From positions 10,018,728 to 10,082,727 of the forward strand of contig NC_057749.1 of NCBI RefSeq assembly GCF_004010195.1: a stretch of DNA of 64,000 nucleotides, given 5' to 3'. Position numbers and translations under genes: made by a program. The stretch's first letter is position 1. Each line of letters begins with the position of its first letter. Positions 13,089 to 27,100 of this stretch are shown one piece after another. This DNA comes from Chiloscyllium plagiosum (Eukaryota). Below the pieces are notes generated by a model. It was given only the letters and a program-made list of their open reading frames with translations. It did no database searches and was not told where the DNA came from.

Positions 13089-13360
13089 TGTGGAGGAGCC
13101 GCTGTTGGATGAGGGTGGACAAAGTTAAAAATCACACAACATCAGATTATAGTCCAATAGGTTTATTCGGAAGCACTAGCTTTCAGAGCACTGCTCCTTC
13201 ACCAGGTGGTTGTGGAGCGGACCATAAGACACAGAATTTATAGCAAAATATTGTGTCTTATGGTTCTGCTCCACAGCTACCTGCTGAAGAAGCAGCGCTC
13301 TGAAAGCTTGTGCTTCCAAATAAACCTGTTGGAGTTTAACCTGATGTTGTGTGATTTTTA
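13089..13360. mobile_element. Palindromic Penelope-like short insert, family 2 (older copy)
   Basis: Near-complete ~235-bp inverted repeat centred ~13240; degenerate hammerhead cores; TSD ACAGAAG(G/C)ATTGG 13076-13088 / 13361-13373. Confidence 0.8.
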
Positions 13361-16142
13361 ACAGAAGCATTGGGTCAATATTCAATAGTTCAATTTAGCA
13401 ATTCCTGCAATGGCTGACCTCCCCAGAAAAAAAAACATGCCTCTTGAACGCAATTAATCAGAGCAAGTGAGTGGTGCATTGGTGAGGATACTGAGCTAAT
13501 AATGCACAAGGCCAGGCTAATCCCACCCTAACAGTGGGTAGAGTTTAAATGCAATTAATAAAATCTGGAATAGAAAATTATACTTAATAATGATGACTGT
13601 GCAGGGGAGAGGAAAAAAATCTATTTGTTTGATAGTGTTTTGAGGGAAGCAAATCTACTGGCTTAGATGTGGCTACATGTGACTCCAGACCCACAGCAAT
13701 GTGGTTAACTTTTAACTGCCCTTCAAAATGGCTTAGTAAGCCATTCAGTTCATCTGTAGATAGGTTAGGATAGGCAACCAACTCTGGTTTTGCCATAAAT
13801 GCCTACATCCTACATGAGATAATGAAAAGATATTCAAAAAAAATAAAAGTTTCAAACATTTGTGTTTTTTGTAATTGTTTTGTTTTTCTCTCTCTCTCTT
13901 TCTTTCTCTGAATCCAGTCTTTCCTTCCTCCATTTGTTTTTCTCAACCTAATTTGACTCTGTCACTCAAGAGGTCTGGCAGCATCTGTGGAGAGAAATCA
14001 GAGTTAACTGTTCCTTTTCTAGAACATCACTCGACCCAAAAGGTTAACTCTGATTTCTCTCCACAGATGCTGCTGAACTTTTCCAGCAATTTCTGTTTTT
14101 GACGTAATCTTTGGAATATTTCTGATCTACAGCATCTGTAATTCTTTCAGTTTTTATTGACTCTGTCACTGTTCTACTTTTTCCAGAATTTCTCTGTTTG
14201 TGTTATTTCCCATTTGTCATGGAGATAGACTATTGTTTGTATCATGCAGTAAGGACCAAGATGCCCTGTTGTTTTGATGTGTTTTTGTTGATTTGCATTT
14301 CCTGCAATTTGTAATGCATAAGATTTTTAAACTGACTGTATTAGAAAGCAATCTAACTGGCTGTGTCACGTGCGAGATTGGAGAATAAGGAAAAAGAGTA
14401 TACCATTAAGCCTTTCAGATCTCTTAGAGTCATAGATATGTACAGCATAGAACAGACCCTTCAGTCCAACTCATCCATGCTGACCAGATATTCAACATTG
14501 ATCTAGTCCTATTTGCCAGCACTTGGCCCATTTCCCTTCCTAATCATGTACTCATCCAGACGCTTTTGGATGTTGTAACTGTACCAGCCTCCACCACTTC
14601 CTCTGGCAGCTCACTCCATGCACGCACCACCCTCTGTGTGAAAATGTTACCTCTCCCTATACTCAATCCCTCCAACCCAGCAACTTCCTTATAAAACTTT
14701 TCTGAACCCCTTCAATCTTCTATCACGCTCTTGGAGATGATGGCTAATCTGTATCTGAACACCATCCATCCACCTTGATGTCACATCCTTCTGTATCATT
14801 GTGTAACAAAAATCTACAGATCTCAGAATTAAATCTGAACGCCAACTGTTTTTCTGTGGTTGCAGAGTTCCTAACTCTACCAACCTTTGAAAGGGCATTT
14901 CTGAACTTCCCTCTTGTGTGGTCTGGCTCTGACTTTGAGGTTATATCCCTTTGTCTTAGACTCTTTAACTGGACAAAGCTTGTTCTCTCTATCCACCCTA
15001 TCAATTCCTTTCAAGATCCTTAAAAAAAGACTCAACTGAATCAATCTTCACTTTCTTCTTTCCAAGTAATTTATATAATCTTGCTTGATAGAATATTCCT
15101 TGAATCTTTGATGCATTCTGAATAATCTACACAGCATTCCTTCTGAGGCCAAACAAATCCTTTCTAAGGTGTGGTGTGCAGAACTTTACACAAGACACCT
15201 GATATGGTTTGGGAAGGGCTTCAATAGCTAGAGAAATATCTCCTTTTTATTATTGAGCTCTTTTGTCTTGAAGGGTATGTTTCCACTGGCTTTTTTTCAT
15301 TATTCACAGAAGATTACTTTGATTCTGTGCACTCTGTATGTGAACCCCGAAGAACCATTGCTATTTCCAGCTTTCAACAATTAAAAATACTCAGTTTTAT
15401 CCTTTTCAGAATAAAAATAGATGACCTCACACTTACTCCCTTACAAATAAAGGGGCTACAAAAGCAGGTCAGAAGCTGCGAATCTCACACTGACTAACTC
15501 ATCTTCCGTCTCCCCATCCACATGACACAAGTCAGGAGTGTGATGGAATACTCATCAATTGCCTGGATGGGCACAGGTCCAACAAGACTCAAGCAGCTTG
15601 ACACCCATCCAGGACAAAGCACTTTATCCACAAACCTTCACTTGCTCCACCATTGCTGCTCAGTAGCAGCGGTGTGTACCATTTGCAAGATGCCTTGCAG
15701 AAGTTCACCAAGGCTGCTTAGGCAGCATCTTTCAAACCAATGACGACTTCCGGACAAGGGCAGCACATTTCACCTCCAAGTTCCCCTTCAAGCCACTCAC
15801 CATCCTGACTTGGAAATATATCACCGTTCCTTCAGTGGGTCAAAAGCCTGAAATTCCCTCTCTAAGGGCATTGTGGGTCTGCCCACAGCACATGCCTACA
15901 GTGATTCAAGAAAGCTGTTCATCACCACCTTCTCAAGGGCAACTAGGGATGGCAATAAATGTTGGTCCAGCCAGTGATCCTCTCACATCTCATGAATTAA
16001 TTTTTAAAAGATCCATCTGGAAGAAGTTGTGCCCACTGCTTTAATCTGCTTTTTGCAATGTTATGCCCTTAGCTAAAAGCAAAGTAAGACATTGAGAAGG
16101 TGGTGGTTAGTCACCCTTGTTGCACTGCTGCAGTCTATTTGG

Positions 16143-16463
16143 GATGGCATGGTGGCTCAGTGGTCAGCCCTGCTGCTTCACAGTACCAGGGTGCCGGGTT
16201 CAATCCCAGCCTTTGGCAACTGAATGCTTGGAGTTTGCACATTCTCCCTGTGTCTATGTGAGTTTTCTCAGGGTGCTCCGGTTTCCTCCCACAATCTAAA
16301 GATGTGCAAGTTAGGTGCATTGGCCATGCTAAATTGCCCATAGTCTCCAGGGATGTGGGTTAGTCATGGCAAATACAGGGATTGGGTGAGGGGGATGCTA
16401 CTCAGAGTGTCGATGTGGAATCAATGGGCTGAATGGCCTGCTTCCACACTATCGGGATTCTAT
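16143..16463 (+). mobile_element. HE1-type V-SINE
   Basis: Same consensus motifs. Confidence 0.88.
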
Positions 16464-19099
16464 GTGATGTAATACACCCACAGTACAGGTGGGAAGGAAT
16501 TTACAGGATTTTGACTCAGTAACAATAATGGAATATTGATGTAGTTCCAAGTCATGATGGTGTCTGGGTTTTGGGACTCAACGTTTGGAAGGTTCTGTCA
16601 AAAGAACCTTGGTGATTTCTTGCTGTATAGCATGTAGACCATGCACATCTCTACAATTGTGCATCAGTTCTGAAGAAAGTGATGTCAACAGTAGTTGATA
16701 AAGGGCCAATCAAGTGGGCTGCTTTGTCCTGGATGGTGTCAGGCAGCTTGAGTGTTGTTGGAGCTGCTTGACACCATCCAGGCAAGTGGGGAGTATTCCA
16801 TCACACTCCTGACTCATGCCTTATAGATGGAAAAAGCACAGCAGGTCAGGCAGCATCTGAGGAGCAGGATAGTTGACACTTTGATAGATTCAGCGATGGT
16901 AAAAGCATTGAGTGTCATGGGGCAGTGATTAGATTGTCTCTTACTGGAAGTGGTCATTGTCTGGCAATTGTGCAACATGAATGTTACTTTCTACTTGTCA
17001 GCCCATGCCTGGATGTTGTCTAGTTCTTGTTGTATTTGAACATGGACTGCTTCAAACTGCAAATGGTGCTGAGCATTGTGCAACCATTGGCAAACACCCC
17101 CACTTCTGACTTTATGCTGGAGGGAATGTCATTGATGTAGCAAGTGAAGATGGTTAGGCCTAGGACACTATCCTGAGGAACTCCTGCAGAGATGTCTTGA
17201 AGCTATGATGACTAATCTCCAACAATTACAACCATCTTCCACTCAGCTAAGCAAGTGGGAAGTATTTCATCACATTCCTGACTTGTGCCTTGTAGGTAGT
17301 GGTTTGGAGAGGCAGCAGTTGAGTTACTCATTGTCAGATTCCCAGCCTCTGACCTGCTCCTGTAACCATTGTATTTATACAGTTAGTCCAGTTACATCTT
17401 TGATGAATGGTAACCCCTAACGTTAATGATGGGGAATTCAGTGATGGTAATGCCAATGAATTTCAAATGGAGGTGGATATGCTCCTTCTTGTTGGTGATG
17501 GTCACTATCTGGCACTTGTGTTGGGAAAATGTCACTTTCCACTAACCAGCCAACATTTGAATGTTGTCCAGATCTTGCTGCATATGTGCATGGACTATTC
17601 CAGCATCTGAGGAATTGTCAATAATACTGAACATTACACAATCATTAGCGAACATCACCAATTCTGCCATTACACCAGGAGGAAAGATATTTTGTTGGCT
17701 TCACCTGTTCAGCCACCTTCTCTGCTCAGGCAAGAGGAGTGAGGAATGAGAAGTGAGAATAACTGATCTTGATCCACTTGCCCAAATAGCAACACACCTC
17801 AGCAATGCAAGTATAAATCAAGAACATAGGAATTCAATAGTTAAGTCATTGCCAGCATTTTAACTACCTCCCAACACAGCTCTCACTGGACAAGTATGTG
17901 TTAAAAGGTCAAGTTGAAATTAATGGTGCAAAGATGACTTGCAACCAGGTTGAGTATTTTGTTCCCCACTGCCTTATTGGTGACGTTGCATTTTCCACAG
18001 TCACGTAGTTCTGGTTCTGATTAAATGATTGCGCCACAAACAATTGTTGAACGTGCTGACAGGGAACGGGTGTAAAGCAGGTTAATGCATAAAATTCCAA
18101 CTAGTGTAAATGTGAAGCAGGCAACTAACTTGGAAACTATGGTGCAATAGAGATTACGTTGCTCACGTTTGTTCTGAACTGGTTCTTCTGGTGTGTTCAG
18201 TATGTAACAATTAGTAATTGTTGGCTACAGGAAAGGTATTCTGACTTGAAATGATTATTTCCTTAAACTCACCTTTGACTGTGACTGTGGAAAGGTTTTG
18301 GTTGATCAATTGGTAAAATGTTAGATGAATAAACATAACTGAAAAGGCCAATGTTAATTGGAATCAGTGCTTAAGAACACTTGCAAAAGTTTCTTTTTTA
18401 CCCCAAAGTATATGATAGACTGACTCACTTTATTTTGTAGATAAGTAGTTTCTCTGCATTGCTGTCATTGACAATGAACCAAATAAACATGCAAACATAA
18501 ATTTATATGTGAACATTTGAATTAGGAATAGGACTAAGGCATTTAACTCCTCCAGTCTCATTCACCATTCATGACTGATCTGATGACTCTACATTCCTTC
18601 CTAATAACCTTTCACCTTCTTGTTTACAAGAATCTACCCATCTTTGCTCTAAAAATTATTCAAAAGATCTGCTTGTGCCACCTTTTCAGGAAGAGTCTTC
18701 CAAAAACACATGATCCTCTTTAAGAAAATACATTCAATCTTTAATAAGTGAGCACTTATTTTTAAACAGTGACCCCTTGATATAGATTCTCTCACAAGAG
18801 AACATGCTTTCCTCATTTGCCCTGTCAAGACCTCTCAGAATCTTATGCATTTTGATTAAGTCGCCTATTTATTCATCTAAACTCTAAATGCGAAGGTTTA
18901 TGGCATATTGAGGTTGATTTTCAGAGAGTGAGAGAGAGAGAATCTAATTAACTTACTTTCCTTCAATACTATAATGTTGCAGACACAAAGCCTGGAATCT
19001 TGTCATAATTATCGACAGGCCCCAATCAAGTCAATGGATACAGCCATGACTCTGGGGTATCCTGCTAAGTAAGTCAAGGAAAAGCTCCAATACTATCCA

Positions 19100-19850
19100 T
19101 TGTTATTGTCATGGCCAGGATCCTATCCCTAAAAGGAGGGAGGAGCCAACAGACATGCAGCACACCACTGTCTTGACTCTTTCTGTCCTACTGTGAGGAG
19201 TTTGCCTCTGGGAATGAGACAGAGGTGAGTGTAATGGGAGATGAAAGTGAGTGGCACAGTGATCACTGTTGGTACAGGGGGTGAGATGTCCTCAGTGGGT
19301 GAGGAGGCAGCAGTGAGGGCATGCAGGGCCAGTGTTTAGGGTGGGTAACTGAGTCACGGAAGATGTTGCGGGCATACCATTGAGTGTCATGGCATGAGCT
19401 TTGGTGGTAGGTGGGTAAAGCAGGAATAGTAGAGTGAGTGTGAGGTACTGAAGTAAAGATGGTGGCATTCACGTTGGCTGAGTGGAGGTGGTCATTGACC
19501 TTCTTCCTATGTTGCTGGGCATCCCCACAGATGACTGGTATGGTCCAGTGTCGAGGCCTCCACTGCTGGTCCAGTGTTAGCACTATCCCATCCAGCAGAA
19601 CCCCTGAGATCCTGTCCGCAACAGGACATCCCCCTTTTCTCCCCCATCCAGGGCAAGTGTCAGCATCCCCTGCTGGACAAACTCTGGACTGACGGAGCTT
19701 GTTCCATGTCCACAATGGGCGCAAGGGATCTGGTTCTTTCAATGGCTATCTGCTAAATGGTGAATTATTCCAGGTCTGCCAAGTGGACTGATGGGGTGGA
19801 ATTGGATGTGAGAGACACCAGAGTGGTGCAGCGGGTTTGGTAAAATATGG
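19100..19850 (-). mobile_element. Possible degenerate PIF/Harbinger Myb/SANT-like ORF remnant
   Basis: VLLDG...RPRH.T.P...QQHRKKVND.L.SA resembles the QCRKK.NDL Myb/SANT motif; no TIRs identified. Confidence 0.35.
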
Positions 19851-20299
19851 TGAGAGAATTCATTGGATCTCAGGGTGACATGCCCTCCAGAAAATAAACT
19901 GGTTGCAATTCGGACTTGGCCAAATTGATTATGTTCCGATTGCTTCATAGTGATGATGTTATTAGAGCAGTGGTTCAGGGATTAGTTTGCTTAGATGGCT
20001 TGTTTACAAGACAGAGAGACACCACAAGTGCAGGTTCAATTCCTGCACTGGTTGAGGTTACTGTGATGGTCTTGCCCTCTCAACTTCACCCCTTGCCTGA
20101 GACATAGTGACCCTCAGATTAAACCACTGTCAATTGTCTCTGATGAGAGAGTGGGACAATGGCGACTTTGTAATCTGGAGAGATAGTTTTAAATTGATTT
20201 GATAGCCATGGTATTTAATCAAGCTTATTGTGTCTGGAATTAAAAAAAACATAATAAGAAAATGTTGAATTATCATTATATAACTGGTTAATGAACTAC

Positions 20300-21540
20300 T
20301 CGTTATACATTAATGATCTGGGCAAACGAACAAAGGGCTTTGTTACTAAATTTGCAGATGACACAAAGATAGATGGAGGGGCAAGTAGTATTGAGGAAGC
20401 AGTGATGCTGTAGAAGAACTTGGACAGGCTAGGAGTGTGAGCAAAAAATTGGCAGGTGGAATACAATGTGGGAAAGTGTGACGTTTTGCATTTTAGTTGG
20501 AAGAATAGAGGTGTAGACTATTTTGTAAATAAGGAAAGGCTTCAGAAATCTGAAGCACAAAGGGACTTGTGAATTCTAGTTCAGGATTCTCTTATGGATA
20601 ACATGCAACTTCACTTGGCAGTTAGGAAGGCAAATGCAAAGTTAGCATTCAGTTTGCGAGGGCAAGAATACCAAAGTAGAGATTTTAGATTAGATTAAAT
20701 TACATTACAGTGTGGAAACAGGCCCTTCGGCCCAACAGGTCCACACCGACCCGCCGAAGTGCAACCCACCCATGCCCCTACATTTACCCCTATACCCAAC
20801 ACTACGGGCAATTTAGCATGGCCAATTCACCTAGCCTGCACATTTTTGGACTGTGGGAGGAAACCGGAGCACCCAGAGGAAACCCACGCAGACACGGGGA
20901 GAATGTGCAAACTCCACACAGTCAGTCGCCTGAGGCGGGAATTGAACCCGGGTCTCTGGCGCTGTGAGGCAACAGTGCTAACCGTGCCGACCAGATGTAC
21001 TGGTGAGGCTAGATAAGGATCTGGTCAGACCACATTTGGAATATCATGAGCAGCTTTGGGCCTCACATCTGAGGAATGATGTGCTGGAATTAGAGGGAGT
21101 CCAAAGGAGGTTTATAAGAATGATCCCGGGAATGAAGAGCCTGTCATATGAGGAGTGGTTGAGGACTGTGGGTCTGTACTCGATGGAATTCAGAAAGATG
21201 AGGGGGAATCCTATTGAAACTTACATATACTGAGAGGTCTGAATACAGTGGAGGTGGAGATGTTTCTATTAGGAGGGTAGACTCGGACCCAAGGGCACAG
21301 CCTTAGAGTGAAGGGACAACACTCTAGAACTAGATGAGAAGGAATTTTGACAGCCAGAGGGTGGTGAATCTACAATGAATCATTGCAGCAGAGAGCTGTG
21401 GAGACAGGTAGGTTCTTGATTTGTAAGGGAATCAAGGGTTACGGGGAGAAGGCAAGGGAATGGGGTTGAGAAACATATCAGCAATGATCGAAAGGTGGAG
21501 CAGACGCATAGGCTGAATGCCCTAATTCTGCTCCTACCAG
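20300..21540 (+). mobile_element. CR1 LINE RT/3' fragment interrupted by HE1 SINE
   Basis: INDL...TKFADDTK, LVRPHLEY, EGVQRRFIRMIPG. Confidence 0.85.
20686..20990 (-). mobile_element. HE1-type V-SINE, young, inserted in a CR1 fragment
   Basis: Reverse complement of consensus with many CpGs retained. Confidence 0.9.
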
Positions 21541-21994
21541 TTTTTGGCGGAGTCAATATACTGTCCCTACCAATCTGACCCCTGTATGACCCCAGAGCCA
21601 TATTGATACAGTTTGCTTTTAATGGAGACCCTTCTTCAAACAGTACCATGAGATCTTTTGCATTTGCCTGAGTTTGGATGGATAACATGGACATTTCCAC
21701 AATGTAAACCAAATACGAAAGAGGAGGTCTACTATGCTGGATACTGGGTTCAAAAATAATTCTTAAAGCTTTCAAGTACACTTTGTATTCATGAAAATGT
21801 GTGTTGACCTTTTGTTGTGCCCACTAGCAGATGGTTAAGTCATGGTTCAAGGAGGAATTGAGAAAGAGTGATTAAGAATTGAACACTGCTCGGCCATCCA
21901 GCGCTATTGATAATATCTGATTAGCAAGCACCACAGACAAAGTGAGTGGTCAATTTAGGATGAATGTTGAAACAAAATAACAAAAACATAGCTG

Positions 21995-22880
21995 GAACAA
22001 AGAACAAAGAACACTACAGCACAGGAACAAGCCCTTCGGCCCTCCAAACCTGTGCTGACACATTTTGCCCTTTCATATTAAAACTGTCTTCAATTACAGG
22101 ATCCATATCCCTCTACTCCCTTCCTGTTCATTATTCATCCAGGTGTTTCTTGAATGCTGCTGTTGTGTCTGCTTCCAATACCACCTCTGGCAGCACGTTC
22201 CAGCCACTGACCATTCTTCATGTCAAAAACTCACCTCACACATCTCTTTTAAACATCTGCCCCCCCCTCGCACAATTTGCACCTGTGTCCTCTAGTAATT
22301 GATCCCTCTACTTTGTGAAGAAAAGCCTCATACTTTGCACTCTATCCATGCCATTCACAATCTTATAAACTTCTATCAGGTCGCCCCTCAACCTCCTGCG
22401 TTCCAATGAAAACAAACTCAATCTATCCAACCCGTTTTCATAGCTAAAATTGTCCATACCAGGCAACATCTTGGTAAACTTTCTCTGTACCCTCTCCAAA
22501 GCATTCACATCCTTCTGGTGGTGTGGTGACCAGAACTGTTTGCAATATTCCAAGCATGGCTGAACTAAAAGTTTTATAAAGCTGCAGCATAACTTGCCTA
22601 TCCTTTTACTCAAAGCCCCTTCCAATGAAGGCAAGTATGCCATAAGCCTTTTTTACGACCTGATCTACCTGTGCTGCCACCTACAGTGATCTGTGGACCT
22701 GCACACCCAGATCCCTCTGCACATCAATACTCCTAAGAGTTCGGCCAATCACTGTGTAACTTCCAGTAGTACTTGACTTTCCAAGATGCCTCACCTCACA
22801 TCTGCCGAATTAAATACCATCAACCATTTCTCTTCCCATGCCTCCAACTAGTCTATATCCTGCTGTATCTTCCGACAGTA
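21995..22880 (-). mobile_element. CR1 LINE 3' fragment
   Basis: LVQPCLEYCKQFWSP...RRRLRGDLIEVYK. Confidence 0.88.
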
Positions 22881-23399
22881 AGCCCTTCTATATTATTGAC
22901 TTTCTGCTCTTTGGTTGTGATGTGCAGGAATTGTTCAGGTTCCGATGAGACTTTGTTGTTGTCTTATACGTGGAAGAAAGCCAGGCCAAGTGGAAGGACA
23001 CCCAAACACACAAATTAGGAGCAGGAGTGGCCTGCTCTGCCATTCAATAAGATCATAGCTGATATGTTTGTATTTTGAATTCCACAATTCTATCAACTCC
23101 CAAAAACGTTTGCTTCTCTTGCCTACCCAGAATCTATCTACCTCTGCCTTAACAATATTCACTTACCCAACCTCCATCACCTTCTGAGGCAGAGTTCCAA
23201 AGACTGGGAGGAAGAAAAATTGTCTTAATTTCAGCTGTAAGGGAGCAGGTGCTAATTTTAATACAGTGGCCCCCTAGTTCAGGAGCTATTCATAGGAGGG
23301 AACATTATTTGCATATCCACCTTGTCAGATGTTTCAGGATCTTACACAATTCAATCAACTCGCCCCTCACTCCAGAATTCTGAACTCCAATAAAAACAA

Positions 23400-23525
23400 T
23401 ATTCCTGATGAAGGGCTTCTGCCCGAAACATCAACTCTCCTGCTCCTCGGATGCTGCCTGACCTGCTGTGCTTTTCACATTCTTGACTCTAATCTCCAGC
23501 ATCTGCAGTCCTCACTTCAGCCTAG
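23400..23525 (+). mobile_element. Family 1 hammerhead insert
   Basis: attcctgatgaagggcttctgcccgaaacatc...ccagcatctgcagtcctcactt; flanked by tccaata(a/g)aaacaa. Confidence 0.7.
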
Positions 23526-23829
23526 TCCAATAGAAACAAGCCCAGTCTGTCCAACCTTTCCTCACAAGACAACCCATCTATACCACGTATCGTTGTTTAA
23601 GCCTTGAGGAGGCTGATGGTTTAGCGAGGGGTAGTTTATCCAAAATAGGCCAGAAACACTTAATGTTCTACTTTTCTGTCAAATTCAAAACTGGAATGTG
23701 TGTGGCAATTATCAACATTTAATTCTTGGGTGAGTTCAAAATGAAACGTAGTGTACCAACATACTTTTCCTCCTCAGTTTTGAGGGGATGAAGATAGAGG
23801 CAGCAAGGCCCTGTCCAATTCTTGATAGT

Positions 23830-24167
23830 GTGGCATAGTGGCTCAGTGGTTACCATTGCTGCCTCACTGTGCCAGAGACCCGGTTTCTATTCCAGCCTCA
23901 GGCGATTATTTATGTGGAGTGTGTGCATTTTTCCCGTGTCATCATGGGTTTCCACCGGGTGCTCTAGTTTCCTCCCACAGTCCAAAGATGTGCAGGTCAG
24001 GTGGGTTGGCTGTGCCAAATTGTGTCCAGGGATGTGCAAGCTTGGAAGATTAGCCACGGTAAATGTAAGGTTATGGGGACGGGATGGGTCTGGATGAGAT
24101 GCTCTTTGGTGGGGCAGTGTGGACACAATGGGCCGAATGGCCTCTTTCTGCACTACAGGGCTTCTAT
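23830..24167 (+). mobile_element. HE1-type V-SINE
   Basis: Same consensus motifs. Confidence 0.88.
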
Positions 24168-27100
24168 GCTGCATGTAAGAATGAGCAATTTCACAATTGA
24201 AGTGGCCTTGATGTCAATGGGGTAATCACTGCACCATGTATGAGAATGAACGATGCAAAGTCTACCTGATGCAGTAACCTTGCTACCAACGAGGATTTTA
24301 ATTCAACTTTTTAAATATCTGTTTATGTAGTTAACTTTGAATTGAGGGTTGAACAAATGCTTTCTGTTTCTGGTACTTCGAAAATGTTACAGGATAAAAG
24401 TGAGGCTAATAATGTTTGAACCAGTATTTTTCTCCACATGAGTCACTTAATCTAATCTGTGCAATAATCAATCTGCCCACGCACCTGTTTGATCTGTGTG
24501 TAGCATTGTTCAAGCGACCAGCCTCCAAATGAGACATTAAACAGAGATTTTGATTTCCCTTTACAATCAGGCTGGCATTAAGAATCTCATACTTTTCAAG
24601 GAAACAGGGAATTCTCGAAGGAACCTGACAAATACTCCTCCTCAATTTTTTTTCCCATTTTCTAGGATGGGTATACTGCATGGCTATGCCAGCAATTAAT
24701 GCCTCTCCCTAATTGCCTTTGAGCAGATGGTGGTAAACCACCTTCTGGAACTGCTGTGGTTCATGTGGTTGTAGTTAAATCGACAGTGCTGATACACAGG
24801 GTGTTCCAGAAACGTAGAAACATACATCAGGTGGCCATTCAGCCCTGCTAGCCTGCTCTGCCAGTCTGGGTCATTGCTGATTATCCAGCTTAATGACATA
24901 TTCTCACACAGCCCCCATATCCCTTGATATTCTTAGTAATTAGACATATATCGATCTCTGTTTTAAGCACACTCAATGACTGTCTCTACAGTCCTTGAGG
25001 CAGCACATTCTAAAGATTCATAGCCCTCCAAATGAAGAAGGTCCCCCTCACCTCAGTACTCAATGTGCTGTCATTTATTCTGAGTCTGTGTTGCCTAGTT
25101 CTACACCCCCACAGCCAACGGGACTGTCCTGAAAGGGAGATGGTGGCCTAGTGCTATTATTACTAGACTATTAATCTAGAGACCTTAGGTAATGTTCTGG
25201 GAACAGGGATCAAATCCCACCAATGGCAGATGGTGGAATTTGAATTCAATGGAAATCTGGCAGAAAGAGCCTAATAATGATCATGGATCATTTGCCAATT
25301 GTTAGGGCAAAATCCATCTGGTCCACTCATGTCCCTTTAAGGGGGGATATCTGCAATTCTTATCTGGTCTAGCCTATATGTGACTCCAGACCCATGGAAA
25401 TGTGGTTGACTCTCAACAGCCCTCTGGGCAATAAATACTGGCCTGTCCACATCATATGAATAAATTAGTTTTTTAAAAAGAAAAATCCTTTCTTCATCTA
25501 ACATGTCTAGCTTCCTCGAATTTGTTAAGCTCCCATATGATCATCTCCTATTCTTCTAAACCTTAGTGAGTGCAGGCCCAGTCTCCTCAAGCTCCTGTCA
25601 TAGACAGTACCACCATCCCTGGAATCAGTCTGGTGAATCTCCAGTGCACGACCCTCTGTCTTTCCTTAAACAAGGGACTAGAACTGCACAAAATACTACA
25701 GGTGGATTCTCACCAGTGTCACATAGAATTGAAGCAAGACTTCTTTGTCCCTGTAATCAAGTCCACTTGAAGAAAGGCTAACATATCAAATACCAATATG
25801 CTCACTTTCAGCAATTTCTGAACACATTCACCTAGCTCCCTTTGGATGTCAGCACTTTCCAATCACTCACTTTTCAAGACGTTGTCACTTGCTCATTCTT
25901 TCTGACAACCTTTCACTTAACCACATCATATTCCACATGCCATAAACTTGCTCAACCTGTCAAAACCCCCCCGAGGCCTTTTTGCATTCTCCTACAGATG
26001 ACATTCCCATGAAGTTTTATGTTGTCTGCAATCTTGGAAATATTTCAGTCGGTCCCCAAATCCATTAATACAGGTTATGGAAGCAAGGGCCCAAAATCTG
26101 ATCACTGCCAAACTGGGAATGGCCCACTGTTCTCACTCTCTGCTTTCTGCCTGTAAACCAATTTTTTGTCTATGCTGATTACCAACGCCTTTCTCAATTC
26201 CACAGAGTTTAACTTTTTTTACTAAACTCCTGTGTAGGATTTTACCAAAAGCTTCCAAAAATCCAAATACATCACGTCCGTTTTTTGAAGTCCATTTCTT
26301 GTGTCCTAGTTCTGATCAGCGCAAGACAAAAGGCTTTGAATTCTTTTAGCAGAGTTTACATTCTGCACCACAGAGCAATTATTTGATATATTTTCCGAGT
26401 GAGACACCTTAAATAAAATTACTTAACATTCCAATTTGCTTTTGGTTTCGCCTGAAGAGACAGATCTACAATTTTGTATTGTCAGTCTCCTCCTTCTTGT
26501 TCACAAATTGTTCATTACTGCAGGTTGGGTAAGGAGTTGTTTCTGTGTGAAGGCTTTGATTGAATCTGCAGTTGTTTTTGGGCGTGTCCTTGTGGTTTAG
26601 TGGATAATTCAGGAGTTAGGTGTGGCTACGTAAGACCAGTCCCCAGACTGGTTGCTCTGTAGTGGAGCAATTTCCCTAGACAGAGAGAGCAGTGGGGCAG
26701 CGTAAACTGATGAATCTCACTTTACATAAATGGTACATTTTCCTCTGGCAAGAGCCTTTCTCTTTGCTGAGAAACACTACAATCTCAAAGAAGTCAAATT
26801 TGTATTGAGAAATCTTTGGGAGACTTGGAAGGAGCAGAAGAGGGAAAAACATTAACCGAAACGTAATGCCATTACAGAGTTGAGAAATGTGCATGATTAA
26901 TTGCTTTCATCTGTTACTTTTAGACACTGAAATATAACGTATCAAATTATGCTATTGTCCAGGATTTATTTTGCAACTCTCTTATTCATTACAATTTAAC
27001 TTGAATGATCTTGATCTCTTGTTGACATCCTTAAGCCAATTTTTCTTCATCCTTTCATGGGGCATCACTTAGCAAGGTCAGATTGGCTGCCCATTCCTAA

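Noticed and set aside
20710..21016. Many 60-110-aa ORFs such as LDCGRKPEHPEETH
   Set aside because: Recurring translations of the HE1 SINE, not genes
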